A DNA stretch of 64,000 bases from an uncultured bacterium (lineage in GTDB: Bacteria > Eisenbacteria > RBG-16-71-46 > CAIMUX01 > WJJG01). The stretch lies in NCBI GenBank assembly GCA_964612295.1, contig CAZTDY010000005.1:1-64000 (forward strand), read 5' to 3'. A program made the position numbers and the translations under genes. This document shows, in pieces, positions 44,323 through 54,222 of this stretch. Numbering within the stretch: position 1 is the stretch's first letter; every line of letters starts with the position of its first letter. The notes below the pieces were generated by a model, which did no database searches, was not told the DNA's origin, and saw only the letters and a list, made by a program, of their open reading frames with translations.

Positions 44323-46413
44323 TTGTACTCGAGGAAGTCACAACGAATCGCCGCTCTGCCGCGGGCTCTGGCAGTCTGGGGGCCGGCGGCGCTGCTCGTT
44401 GTATTTCTGGTCACAACACTGTTCGGCGCGCCGCTCTGGTTGACCCGCTCGGCCGATCCCGATCTCCGGCCGGGCCGCATACGGTACCTGGGTCCGGGAG
44501 AACGTCCCGCCTGGATGGCGACGGCGCACAACTGCCGTTTCTGGGGCCTGGTGGGAGCGGACTACGGCACCAGTCTCCTGCACACGCACTTGATCGACGG
44601 CGGCCTGACAAGCTTCCGCGAGCTGGGCGCTCAGAACATGGACGGCTGGGGCTTCGCCTACTTCGTGCCGGAGAGCTACGATCTGCCCCTCAATCGGCCG
44701 ATCTATCGGCGTGGGGGGCCGCCTTCGGTCGATGACGAGGACTTCCTGTACGCGGTCGACGAGCTCAAGGCGATCGCGCCGCGGGCCATCGTCGGCCACG
44801 TGCGCCAGGGAACGTCCGGCCATTGGGGAGTCCCTGATCCCCATCCGTTCCAGCATGAGGGCAAAGTCTTCGTTCACAACGGGTCGGTTCCCAGCTCGTC
44901 GATCCTGGATCTCCTCGAGGAAGGCAACCCCGACTACCTGGATGACTATCCACCGGACTGGGTGGACGACCACGTCGACTCCGAACTCTACTTTCTCTAC
45001 CTGCTGAAATACCTGCGCGAACATCCCGAGCTCTCCACCGCCGAAGGACTGCGGCAGGGAGTGACCGAGGTGGCCGTCGTGGCCGCGAGCAAGCGTCTGA
45101 ACTTCATCATGACCGAGGGTGATACGCTCTACGCCCTGCGCTATCACAATGTCGACAGCACCGATCCCGTGCGATTCTACCCGACGCTTTCGGTGGGTGA
45201 CCCGCAGGGGTATCCCTACTGGGTCGTGTCGAGTCAGAAGGTGGGGAGCGACCCCAACAACTGGGAAACGATCCCGGAGAAGACCCTCGGCGTGTTCATC
45301 GCGGGCGAGGAGCCGCAGTTTCTTCCGATCGATGGCCATGACACGCCGCTCTTCTCCTTCAAGAGTGTTGAGATCGAGAGCCTGAGCGACGCTGATCAGG
45401 ACGACTGGATGTCCGCTTTCGAGCTGCGGCTTGATCCCGATGTCGAGTGGGGCGCGGCCAGCATCTACTTCCGGGTGCTCTCCACCGGCGATGGGGAACA
45501 CTGGACCCCGCTTCTGGATCCAAGCGGCCGGGTGAGTATCTACGGAGCGGAGGTGGACACCTCGATTCACTACAGCTTCGACGTCGCTCCCGACACCTTG
45601 GAGGCGGACAGCTGGGATCTGAAGATCGAGCTCTTTGACGCTGATAGCCCGTCCGAGCCGGTCCTGGTGGCGACCGCTCCGACCTATCCGGCCCTGGATG
45701 ACGTACGCGTGGAAGGAACGGCGCGCGACACGGTTTCGGATCGTCCCCCCGAATTCGAGGTGTTCTGGGTGGATCGGACGGCCGAGATCGATCAGGACGA
45801 AGATGGCTTCATGAGCGCCTTCACCCTGCGGTGGGATGTCAACTACGGCGAAGAGAGCGACTCGGCCGAGGTCTACATGAAAACACGCGCATTCGACGGC
45901 GGATCCTTCCGCAATCTGGGCGTGAGCGACGTGTATGAGGTGAGGGGCGCACAGAGCGACACGGCATCCTTCACGGTCGTCGTCTCGCCGGACCATCTCT
46001 CGCCGCGCCTGTGGAATCTGGTGCTCGACCTCTATCGGGCGGACAACGACTCACTCTGCGCAACCGTCTACTACTTCCAGTTCGACATCCTGGCGGATGT
46101 GCCCGTGGAGGGTGCGGACGAAGATGCACTCTTTGCCCTCGCCGCCCCGGTTCAGCCCAACCCGGCCCACTCTGACGTTGTGATTCCGCTGCGGTTACCG
46201 GTGGGGGGCGCGGAGGTCACCTTCGAAATCTACGACGGCACCGGACGGGTGGTGTGGCGGACGGCCCCTGAAATCTACGAAGAGGGGGGGGAGGCGCAAC
46301 TCGTGTGGAACCTCACGGATCTGCAGGGACAGCCGGTCGGATCGGGCGCGTACTTCTACAGCGTCGGCATCGGGCAGCGGCACTTCCAGGGCAGTTTCAG
46401 GGTCGTGCGCTAG
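44323..46413 (+). CDS. Secreted class-II glutamine-amidotransferase-like Ntn hydrolase with a long beta-rich extension and a T9SS sorting domain.
   Basis: 'HNCRFWGLVGADYG' resembles the 'MCR(F/L)LGY' nucleophile Cys of class-II GATases (YafJ/EgtC-like). A hydrophobic signal segment precedes it. C-terminal tail 'GAYFYSVGIGQRHFQGSFRVVR'. A TTG start with SD GAGGTG is inferred; the long upstream ORF extension overlaps the minus-strand gene. Confidence 0.6.
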   Translation: MYSRKSQRIAALPRALAVWGPAALLVVFLVTTLFGAPLWLTRSADPDLRPGRIRYLGPGERPAWMATAHNCRFWGLVGADYGTSLLHTHLIDGGLTSFRELGAQNMDGWGFAYFVPESYDLPLNRPIYRRGGPPSVDDEDFLYAVDELKAIAPRAIVGHVRQGTSGHWGVPDPHPFQHEGKVFVHNGSVPSSSILDLLEEGNPDYLDDYPPDWVDDHVDSELYFLYLLKYLREHPELSTAEGLRQGVTEVAVVAASKRLNFIMTEGDTLYALRYHNVDSTDPVRFYPTLSVGDPQGYPYWVVSSQKVGSDPNNWETIPEKTLGVFIAGEEPQFLPIDGHDTPLFSFKSVEIESLSDADQDDWMSAFELRLDPDVEWGAASIYFRVLSTGDGEHWTPLLDPSGRVSIYGAEVDTSIHYSFDVAPDTLEADSWDLKIELFDADSPSEPVLVATAPTYPALDDVRVEGTARDTVSDRPPEFEVFWVDRTAEIDQDEDGFMSAFTLRWDVNYGEESDSAEVYMKTRAFDGGSFRNLGVSDVYEVRGAQSDTASFTVVVSPDHLSPRLWNLVLDLYRADNDSLCATVYYFQFDILADVPVEGADEDALFALAAPVQPNPAHSDVVIPLRLPVGGAEVTFEIYDGTGRVVWRTAPEIYEEGGEAQLVWNLTDLQGQPVGSGAYFYSVGIGQRHFQGSFRVVR

Positions 46414-46416
46414 AGG

Positions 46417-47844
46417 CTACTCGTCCCAGTTGAAATCCACGGACTCTTCTTCGGCCTTACCGGCGTCCGGATCGAGGTCCTCCTCCTCGCGCGTCGCGGG
46501 AGCGGTCTCCTCAGTTTCTTCCGGCTCCGGATGCGGGCCGCCGATGTCCCGCTCGGCGATGTAGACCGGTTCGAGCGGATAGCTTTCACCCGGTTTCAGG
46601 ATGTGCGGCGTGATCAGGACGATGATTTCGCTCTTCTGCACATGGAGTTCGGAGCGACCGAACAGACCGCCCACGATCGGGATGTTCATCAGCCCCGGGA
46701 TTCCCTTGCGAACAGTCTCCTCGCGTTCCCGGATGAGTCCTCCGATGAAGATCGTCTCGCCGTCGCGAACTAGGACGTTGCTGGTCACCTGGGTTGTCGT
46801 TTTCGAGGGCAGGCCCTCCTGGACGACACCGTCGGAGAGCTCCGGGTGGATCCGCATCTGCACGAATCCATCGCTCGTGATGAGGGGCGTGATCGAGAGC
46901 TGAGCGCCGGTATCCAAGAACTGAACCGACTCGATCACCGTGTTGTCCACGATCGTGCGCACGGTGAATCCCAGCTGTCCGCCGATCTGGACCATGGCCG
47001 CCATGCCGTCGATCGCCATGACCCGGGGAGAGGCCAGGGTGTTCAGCTCATCGACATCCTCGAGAGCCTCGATGACCGAGGTGAAGTCCCCTTTGCCCCA
47101 GGTGAGGAACATGCCTTCCATCCCGGCGTCGGGATGGTTGGCGAATCCCTGGTCAACGAGTTGGCCGTTGCCGCCCTCCCGTGAGAAGAGGAGTGACCAG
47201 TCGATCCCGACGGTGACATCGCGGGATAGGTGCGCCTCCAGAATCTGCGCTTCGATGAACACCTGCCGGGGGGCCTGGTCCAGGCTCTTGATCATCAGCT
47301 CGAGGCGATCGAGAACGTGGGGAAGATCCTCCACGACCACCGATCGCAGCGGCATGTAGCTGGTGACCTTGCCGATGGGGGAGAGGTATTCCTCAGTCAA
47401 GGTCTTGATCAGATCCGAACTCGCGTACTCGAGCCGGAACGTGCGCATACTGCGACCGACGTCGACGGTCGGATCGCTGTCACCCGCGCTGTGCACGTAG
47501 TAGATGCTGCCCTTGTGGACGACATCGAAGCCGGCCATCACCACGATGGCTCTGAGCGCCTCCTCGAAGGGGACCGCGTGGAGGTCAACGCTGACCGGAC
47601 CGTGGACAACGCCCTCACACACGATGTTGATGTCGCGGGACCGCGAGAGCATGGCGAGGACCTCTTTGACATCGACGTCCTGCACCGAGATGGTGACCGG
47701 AGCATGGACGACCGGCTGCTCGTCGGAGGCCAGCGCACCCCCCACCGCACCGAGGAAGATCAGGAGGAGCCCGATCCCCGCAAGCGCAGCGAGGCGGCGT
47801 ATCCTCCCGCCCATGGGTCTGATGTCAGTTTGGGATCTCATCAT
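46417..47844 (-). CDS. Secretin of the GspD/PilQ family.
   Basis: N-terminal N0/N1-like domains and secretin core 'VLVRDGETIFIGGLIRERE...IPGLMNIPIVGGLFG'. Has a signal peptide. Confidence 0.85.
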   Translation of the reverse strand: MMRSQTDIRPMGGRIRRLAALAGIGLLLIFLGAVGGALASDEQPVVHAPVTISVQDVDVKEVLAMLSRSRDINIVCEGVVHGPVSVDLHAVPFEEALRAIVVMAGFDVVHKGSIYYVHSAGDSDPTVDVGRSMRTFRLEYASSDLIKTLTEEYLSPIGKVTSYMPLRSVVVEDLPHVLDRLELMIKSLDQAPRQVFIEAQILEAHLSRDVTVGIDWSLLFSREGGNGQLVDQGFANHPDAGMEGMFLTWGKGDFTSVIEALEDVDELNTLASPRVMAIDGMAAMVQIGGQLGFTVRTIVDNTVIESVQFLDTGAQLSITPLITSDGFVQMRIHPELSDGVVQEGLPSKTTTQVTSNVLVRDGETIFIGGLIREREETVRKGIPGLMNIPIVGGLFGRSELHVQKSEIIVLITPHILKPGESYPLEPVYIAERDIGGPHPEPEETEETAPATREEEDLDPDAGKAEEESVDFNWDE

Positions 47845-48359
47845 GGACTCCCTTTCATCTCGAGTCGGTGAACATGTCCCTTGCGCACCAGGAGCACGAA
47901 ATCGGATTCGATCTTCACGACGCGGTATCCGGACACGTCCTCGCCTTCGCTGACAATCTGCCCCCCGAGACGGGCCTGACGGTATTCACCGTCGAGTAAG
48001 ATGCCGGTGAGCGCGGGTAGGGGTGGCGGCTTAGGTCTGGCCGGTTTCACAGGCTTGACAACCTTGGGTTTCGGTTTGGGTTTGGGCGCGAAGAGGGATC
48101 GATCCAGCTGAGGACGTCCGTCGAGCGCGGTCTCGGATGAACCCTCCTGGCCACCGTCGGGGCCGGCCTCCATACGCGCGATAAGGGAGCGATAGGCCTC
48201 CGCGGCCTCCGCCACGGGGTCTTTGTAGCCTGCGCGCTCGGGGGTGGTGGGGAAGGCCACCAGAGAGACGAGCACCACAACCACCGAGGCCGCGACGATC
48301 ACCGGCTTCTCCGGCAGCCGGGGCCACCGCCGTTTGGGTGACGAGTTCTCAGGCATCAC
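47841..48359 (-). CDS. PilP/GspC-like pilot protein with a Pro/Lys-rich linker and a C-terminal beta-domain.
   Basis: TM segment, 'PKPKPKPKVVKPVKPARPKPPP', and 'LTGILLDGEYRQARLGGQIVSEGEDVSGYRVVKIE'. Confidence 0.55.
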   Translation of the reverse strand: MMPENSSPKRRWPRLPEKPVIVAASVVVVLVSLVAFPTTPERAGYKDPVAEAAEAYRSLIARMEAGPDGGQEGSSETALDGRPQLDRSLFAPKPKPKPKVVKPVKPARPKPPPLPALTGILLDGEYRQARLGGQIVSEGEDVSGYRVVKIESDFVLLVRKGHVHRLEMKGSP

Positions 48360-48901
48360 TTTCCCTCCTCGTCGGGGGCGAAGTACAACGCGATGGTGAG
48401 ATCCGCCGCGCTATAGGCCTGTTCGGGCGATCCGACGATGCTCAGCTGCTCCACGCGCGAGAGCTGGTCGGCCTGCTCCAGCGCGATCAGGAAATCGTAG
48501 ATGCCATCGAAGCGGCCGACGATTCTGGCGGTGACGGTCAGACGGCGATAGAGCGGCTGAAGTTCGGGCTCACCCGGCGACAGTCGCTCGACGCGCACCC
48601 CGGTCTGGGCCGCGATATCCCCCAACCATTCCAGGAAGAGATCCAGGTTGACGTTGCGGGGCAGGAGGGCGTGGCTTTTCTCGACATCATGCGAAATGCG
48701 TCCGATCTCGGCGTCGAGCCTGTCCAGGTTGCCTTCGGCGTCCGAGAGAATCTGCACGGCCTCCTGGAACGCCGACAGGTCGCCGCGCGCGGCATAGATC
48801 GGGCGGACCGCATGGTGGATGATCACGAGCGCAAACCCGGTTACGACCACGGCGATTGCGATGCGGCCGAAGGTGTCCAGGCGCCGGGGATCAGTCTTCA
48901 C
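48356..48901 (-). CDS. PilO/GspM-like inner-membrane assembly protein.
   Basis: Single TM, coiled-coil, then a ferredoxin-like fold region. Operon position after the PilN-like gene. Confidence 0.55.
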   Translation of the reverse strand: MKTDPRRLDTFGRIAIAVVVTGFALVIIHHAVRPIYAARGDLSAFQEAVQILSDAEGNLDRLDAEIGRISHDVEKSHALLPRNVNLDLFLEWLGDIAAQTGVRVERLSPGEPELQPLYRRLTVTARIVGRFDGIYDFLIALEQADQLSRVEQLSIVGSPEQAYSAADLTIALYFAPDEEGK

Positions 48902-49496
48902 TGGGCCCTCCCATCAGCAGGCACTGGAGCTGAAACTCCACTTCGGAAGCCTGCGCCTCTCGCGGTGCAATGTCCCGTGCAGACAGAAGAACCACTGTAT
49001 GGACCCCCTCCGCCCGGGAGAGGCTGCTGATAATCTCCGCCACCTGGGCATGCCCGGGCGCGCGGCCATGGAGGCGCAGGGAAGGTTGCGTTCTTGCTTC
49101 GCCCTTTCCGCTTTGAATCGGCGTGCTACGGGACAGAGACAAATGAGTGAGATAGCTGTCCGGGGTCAGCGCCGATCCAAGAATCTCCAGCACCATCGCA
49201 GCCGGCAGGGGATCGCGAATCGCCCGGACGGCCTCTTGGCGGTGCGTCAGACGATCGCGTTCCTGGATGAGCAGCTGCGCATACTGCAGGCGCTGCTGCA
49301 GGTGAGTGTAACGGCTGCTGACCGCCTCCACCTCGGCATCCCGGCCCGCCGCAACCCGGGCGACTCCCGCATAGAGCAGGGTCAGGACGACCGCGGTCCC
49401 GCCCACGAGGACACTCCAACGACGGATACGGTCTTGCGTCCGCCTGCGCCCCGGTACCTCACTCGGTATGAGATTGATTCTATTCATCAGTCTCAT
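48891..49496 (-). CDS. PilN/GspL-C-like protein.
   Basis: N-terminal 'INLIP' motif. TM segment 'WSVLVGGTAVVLTLLYAGV'. Confidence 0.7.
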   Translation of the reverse strand: MRLMNRINLIPSEVPGRRRTQDRIRRWSVLVGGTAVVLTLLYAGVARVAAGRDAEVEAVSSRYTHLQQRLQYAQLLIQERDRLTHRQEAVRAIRDPLPAAMVLEILGSALTPDSYLTHLSLSRSTPIQSGKGEARTQPSLRLHGRAPGHAQVAEIISSLSRAEGVHTVVLLSARDIAPREAQASEVEFQLQCLLMGGPSED

Positions 49497-50583
49497 CCTC
49501 GGGCCAGAGGGCGCTACACGCCGCGGTGGCGTAGCAGGTCGTCCCTTGGGGGTTGTCCCAGGCCGGGAGCCTGCAGCCCTCGCTCGGACCGCGCACCGGG
49601 ATCCCCAACCTCTCCTCGATCACCTGGCGGAGTTCACCCTGAGAGGCCAACACTCCCACCAATAGGCAAGACGCCGGCGAGCGATGCTGCAAGTAAGAGT
49701 CGCAATAGCTCAGACAACTTGCCGCCTCATGGGCCAGCTCGAGGAAGGGCGAACTCAAGATCGCGCTCAAGGTGTCGTGCAGTGTCTCGCGCCCCTGGGG
49801 GTCCTCCAGCAGCGGGTCCGTGCCCGTTCCACAAGAGGTGAGTTCCGCCAGCAGCCGCCGAGCTTGGGTGTCATCGAGTTCCAGTTCCGCCTGGATGTGA
49901 AGAACGAGACTCTGGAGACTCCAGGGAAGCACGCGTTCGAGAAGGACGAACCCCCCTTGGACCACGGCGATGGAGGTGGCGTTCTCCCCGGAGTTGATGA
50001 CGAGATGTCGCGTATTCGGGTCCCCCTTCACCAGGGGGGCAATCACGCACCCGGGCGTGGTCAGGCGTTCGGTGCGCAGCCCGGTGCTGTCGATTCGTTT
50101 CAGGACCGTCTCGGCCAGGTTACGCGGGGCAGAGAAGATGAGAACCGCGCTGGCCTCATCGCCCGGGCGTTTGACGGAGTCGGGAAGAACACTGTAGTCG
50201 AGAACCGATTCCTCCAGCGGATAGCTGAGGCGTTCTCTCGCGTTCAGAATGACCATGCTCTCGAGGGTGTCACTGCCCCGCGGCGTGAAGCTGACCGGGA
50301 AGATGTCCACGGCGGGGGAGGAGAGCACGCAGATTGCGCGTCCCGTTCCCAGCCCGGCCTGGCGCAACGAGGTGCGCGCTGTCTTGTCGAGGGCGGTCGG
50401 GATCTCATCCCCGGTGGCATGTAGCTCAGTGAACTCGAATCTCCAGCAGCCCTTGTCCTCACCCAGCCATCGCGCGAACTTCAGCGAGTTCTCGCCGGCC
50501 TCGATCCCGACCAGACTCTGGGCCGGACGAGACAGCGAGCGCAGCAACTTCGGCGTGCGCAGCTTAGGAAGAGACATCGACAT
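49480..50583 (-). CDS. PilM/GspL-like actin-fold ATPase-like cytoplasmic platform protein.
   Basis: Actin-like fold signature 'VGIEAGENSLKFA'. SD AGGGAGGG. Confidence 0.7.
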   Translation of the reverse strand: MSMSLPKLRTPKLLRSLSRPAQSLVGIEAGENSLKFARWLGEDKGCWRFEFTELHATGDEIPTALDKTARTSLRQAGLGTGRAICVLSSPAVDIFPVSFTPRGSDTLESMVILNARERLSYPLEESVLDYSVLPDSVKRPGDEASAVLIFSAPRNLAETVLKRIDSTGLRTERLTTPGCVIAPLVKGDPNTRHLVINSGENATSIAVVQGGFVLLERVLPWSLQSLVLHIQAELELDDTQARRLLAELTSCGTGTDPLLEDPQGRETLHDTLSAILSSPFLELAHEAASCLSYCDSYLQHRSPASCLLVGVLASQGELRQVIEERLGIPVRGPSEGCRLPAWDNPQGTTCYATAACSALWPEDETDE

Positions 50584-51175
50584 TGCGCCCTCCCTGAACC
50601 CGAACGGTGGTGAAGGAGCCCATGGGCACCTTCTCATACTGGACGGAGACGGTGATCCTCTTGTGATCGGTAGGCGTGATCGAAAGGAGATCGAAGTTCG
50701 TCGAGTTCACGTAGGTGACCGTCACAGCCCGGGTGTAGCCGCTTGTGTTCATCCCCGTGCCGTCCTTGTGCTGGAGTTCGTAGGCGCCGTCCCAGACGGT
50801 GTAGTCGTCCACGTCGTCGAACTCGCTGCGGTTTTTCTCGAAGATGTCTCCAGGTGTGCCGCCTTTCTCTTCCAGGGGCACGGGCGACCCGCCGGAAGAC
50901 TTGAGAATCTCGACGACTGTCGTCTCCCACTCCCCGTCATCCGGTCCGAGCGTGGTGCTTCCGGTCTGGGGATCGTCGAACGCGGTGGCCGCAACCTCTT
51001 CGAGCAGGGAAATCCCCAGCTCGTGGATGATGCGGGTTGCGTTGGCCTCGGCGTCGGTCTGCAGAATCAGATGCGCGGCGTGCTGCAGCCCCGAAGCGAG
51101 GAACCCGATGATCACGACCGCGGCCATGACCTCGATGAACGTCATCCCCTGGGTGTTCGTCCGTGTGCTTTTCAT
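50564..51175 (-). CDS. Minor pseudopilin (GspI-like).
   Basis: Prepilin N-terminal methylation motif 'GMTFIEVMAAVVIIGFLA'. Confidence 0.65.
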   Translation of the reverse strand: MKSTRTNTQGMTFIEVMAAVVIIGFLASGLQHAAHLILQTDAEANATRIIHELGISLLEEVAATAFDDPQTGSTTLGPDDGEWETTVVEILKSSGGSPVPLEEKGGTPGDIFEKNRSEFDDVDDYTVWDGAYELQHKDGTGMNTSGYTRAVTVTYVNSTNFDLLSITPTDHKRITVSVQYEKVPMGSFTTVRVQGGRNVDVSS

Positions 51176-52479
51176 TGTTCGATCACCGAGTGGGCGATGA
51201 GCCACAAGCCCGTGTCCTTCACGAGTTCTACGAGGGGCGTGTCGTTGAAGTCGGTGTCGTAGATGATGGTCGTGCCGGGTCCCAGGATATGGGCTTCGCC
51301 GGCCAGAATGGCCCCGGTCATGGTGATCGGCCGGTTCGCGTAGCGCTGCGGTCCCCAGAAGTCGCCCGTGCAGGCGAAGACGCCATCAAGGCTGCTGGTG
51401 ATCTCCATCATTCCCAGGGTGGGGTGCATGACGAGCCAGGATCCCTCCTCGATTCTCATCTCGACGTTTCCGTCGACGAAGAGGGCCGGCCAGCGCGTCG
51501 AATCTGGAGACGTATGATAGAAGTAGGTGGTACCCCCGTGGGGGGTGCAGACGTAGAGCCGGGTGACATTCTTGACCACGAGACATGCCTCGACATACAT
51601 GGCGTGCAGGACGACGTAGCTCCCGTTTCCGTCGATGCTGTAGAGACCCGCTGCCGACGTGCTGCCCCATAGATTGTACGTGGGCGTGAGGGCTTCAGAA
51701 CTAAATGCTCGATCAGCGGGAACCGTCAGCGGTTCGGCCGCGGCGAAGAGCCAGTCGAAGTCGATGGCCGGCAGATAGAGCGAGTCTGCCACAAAGGTCG
51801 TGTCTGTGTCGGAATCGAAGAGGCTGGCCTCGATGCTTCCGTTGGTGGTGGTCGTGATATCGCCGAAGACTTGCGAGACGCCCCAGTCGTTCACATCCCC
51901 GTTCGCCCGCAGGTCCCCGACCAGATTGACGTCTTGGAGGCCGATCGTCGACTGGGAGTAGACCACGTGCGCCAGCGCGTCGTGGGGATAGGGAAGATAG
52001 TCGGCGGTCAGCGTGCGCTGAATCTCGCGGTAGGTGCTGGTGGCGCTGAAGCGTACGGTGTCGGCGTCGGAGGATAGGGCGGAACCCACCAGCTCGATCT
52101 GGCCGTCCGCCGGATCGCTCGCTGCGACGGTGACCTCGGCCTCGCCGAGCGACCTGCTGGTGATCCAATTGCCCGTACCCAAATCAGCTCTCCATGTGTC
52201 GCTGCTGCCGGACATCCAGGCTGCGCACTCGAGGCCGGCCTGGGCGGACCGCAATGCCGCCGCCGCACTCCGTTGTTGAGCGCGATGACGCAGCCCCAAA
52301 CCTCCCTGGTACGCCGTACCCAGAACCAGAATGGTCGCCATCATGGTCACCACCACGGCGGCAAACAGAATGCTCCCGCGCTGTCCCCGGGCATTCCGCG
52401 GCAGAGATGGTCTCGGCCGCGAATCGCTACCGGTTGTACAGCGCGATGAAGCCTTCGCTTCTGGTCGACGTATCGCCAT
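51172..52479 (-). CDS. GspK/PilX-like large minor pseudopilin.
   Basis: 'QRGSILFAAVVVTMMATILVLG' resembles the GspK N-terminus. Any ATG start overlaps the upstream gene by at least 53 nt. Confidence 0.5.
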   Translation of the reverse strand: MAIRRPEAKASSRCTTGSDSRPRPSLPRNARGQRGSILFAAVVVTMMATILVLGTAYQGGLGLRHRAQQRSAAAALRSAQAGLECAAWMSGSSDTWRADLGTGNWITSRSLGEAEVTVAASDPADGQIELVGSALSSDADTVRFSATSTYREIQRTLTADYLPYPHDALAHVVYSQSTIGLQDVNLVGDLRANGDVNDWGVSQVFGDITTTTNGSIEASLFDSDTDTTFVADSLYLPAIDFDWLFAAAEPLTVPADRAFSSEALTPTYNLWGSTSAAGLYSIDGNGSYVVLHAMYVEACLVVKNVTRLYVCTPHGGTTYFYHTSPDSTRWPALFVDGNVEMRIEEGSWLVMHPTLGMMEITSSLDGVFACTGDFWGPQRYANRPITMTGAILAGEAHILGPGTTIIYDTDFNDTPLVELVKDTGLWLIAHSVIEQ

Positions 52480-53590
52480 CTTTGAGCACCAGTTCATAGC
52501 CCACACCCAACGTGTCGGGCACATCCTCGGTTACGATTGCAGGTTTGGTTCCGATCGTGTACCCCATGACCTTGAAGAGAAGCTCCTCGTATGCGCTGGC
52601 AGATTTCCAGCGCGCCCCCGCATCACCGCTCTCCCGGTAACACATGTAGTTGCTGCTCGGGGCTTCGTCGCAGCCCTTGAGTTTCCCGACCTGGACATCG
52701 CCGGCATAGCTGCTGCCGCCGGATCCGTCCGGCCTCGCCACGAGCCAGTAGGTTTCGCCAGCGACCACCGGTTGATCGACCAAGGTCGTGAGCGAGGTCG
52801 TTTGCCAGGTCCAGGTTTCCTCGATGTCCTCTTTGGGAATCCTCCCGCTGGCCAGCAGCGTACCCGGATAACCGCTCGGACCGTTTCCGAGGTAGACTTC
52901 GAGGATCAGGTCCACCTCTACGGCTGACTTGTCGTTGATCACGAGGATCGAGGCCTCGGAGAATCCATCGAGGTCCGGCGTACCCCAGAACTGCTCCCCG
53001 GCCCAATGGTCGTCTTTGATCTCGCGTTTGTTCTGATCCCAGCCGTCGCAGTCGCCGGATCCGGCCAGAGTCCACATGTCGGCCTCCTCGCACTTCTGAG
53101 CGAGCACGATGGAGGTGTCCGCGACCATCTTCTCGTACGTGCGGGGAATCCCGATGGAGTGTGACGCGACCCAGAAGGTGTCCATGGCCGTGGCGACCAC
53201 CGCCGGAGCCTCGCTAGGCAGGTAGCGCAGAAGCGTGTCGGCGTCGGCGCCGGCCGGGCGGTAGCAAATCGTGTCCTCGTCCGCCGAGATCAGGATGAGG
53301 GTCTTCCCGGTGGTCAGGATCTGACGTGCCTGGCTGACATCCTTGCGGATGAACCCCGTTGCACGCTGCAGCTGCTGATTCAATTGCCGTTCAGCGTAGG
53401 TGTCCTCGGCCAGCGTTGAGAACTGGCTTAACACGAAAACCATCGCCGTCGCCAGCATCGCGGCGATCGATCCGGCGATCAGGATCTCGGTCAGAGTGAA
53501 GCCGGCGCTGGAGCGCCTAAGACCCCTCGGTGACCGTGATGTGTCCTGTTTGGTCGGCCACCGAGACCGACCAGATATTCTCATCCACAT
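52427..53590 (-). CDS. GspJ/PilW-like pseudopilin.
   Basis: 'AGFTLTEILIAGSIAAMLATAMVFVL' prepilin motif with an unusually long leader. Start is uncertain (alternative 53632). Confidence 0.55.
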   Translation of the reverse strand: MWMRISGRSRWPTKQDTSRSPRGLRRSSAGFTLTEILIAGSIAAMLATAMVFVLSQFSTLAEDTYAERQLNQQLQRATGFIRKDVSQARQILTTGKTLILISADEDTICYRPAGADADTLLRYLPSEAPAVVATAMDTFWVASHSIGIPRTYEKMVADTSIVLAQKCEEADMWTLAGSGDCDGWDQNKREIKDDHWAGEQFWGTPDLDGFSEASILVINDKSAVEVDLILEVYLGNGPSGYPGTLLASGRIPKEDIEETWTWQTTSLTTLVDQPVVAGETYWLVARPDGSGGSSYAGDVQVGKLKGCDEAPSSNYMCYRESGDAGARWKSASAYEELLFKVMGYTIGTKPAIVTEDVPDTLGVGYELVLKDGDTSTRSEGFIALYNR

Positions 53591-54077
53591 TGATGTATAC
53601 CCGCCCTCCGGCAGAGCAGAGGCCGTCCTCATCGAACGTCAGGCTGTCGGCACCTCCGAAGCTGGCTTCCCGCAGGTTGATGCCCGTTCCGGCATATAGC
53701 TGAGCCAGATCGACCCGATACGGCAACTTCGAGAGGGGATGCTCAATCGTCTCCCCTTCCGAGTTGACCCGGTACGCTTCCTCGTCGAGCAGGAATCGTA
53801 CGGTTCGTGGTGCGCGCCGCGCGACCGCATCCGCCTGGGCGAATGCAATGTCGCAGGCGATCCGCCGCGCTGCACCCTTCGCTGCCGCATCGTTCTGGCT
53901 GCTGGTCATGAGGGTGAAGCCGATGGTGGCAAGCACCCCCAGCACGGCGATGACGACCAGCAGTTCAGCGAGGGTCACCCCCCGCTGACAAAAAAGGGGC
54001 GGAACAAGGAACGGTGTCCCTCGACCACCCCGCCGATCGAAGCCTCTGCCGAAGCCGAGATCGTTCATGGAGCCCAC
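53517..54077 (-). CDS. GspH-like pseudopilin.
   Basis: 'RGVTLAELLVVIAVLGVLATIGF' prepilin motif. Confidence 0.6.
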   Translation of the reverse strand: MGSMNDLGFGRGFDRRGGRGTPFLVPPLFCQRGVTLAELLVVIAVLGVLATIGFTLMTSSQNDAAAKGAARRIACDIAFAQADAVARRAPRTVRFLLDEEAYRVNSEGETIEHPLSKLPYRVDLAQLYAGTGINLREASFGGADSLTFDEDGLCSAGGRVYINVDENIWSVSVADQTGHITVTEGS

Positions 54078-54222
54078 CTGCGATGAAACCCTAGCGCCCC
54101 CCCAACAAGACCGATCGCCCAGCGATCAGGCAGGGTCGGCGAGAATCGGAGGCCGTAGCCACCCAGCTCTCGCCGACCCGCTGCCGAAGTCGCCGCCTAT
54201 GGATTGGGTCAACGCCGCTTAG

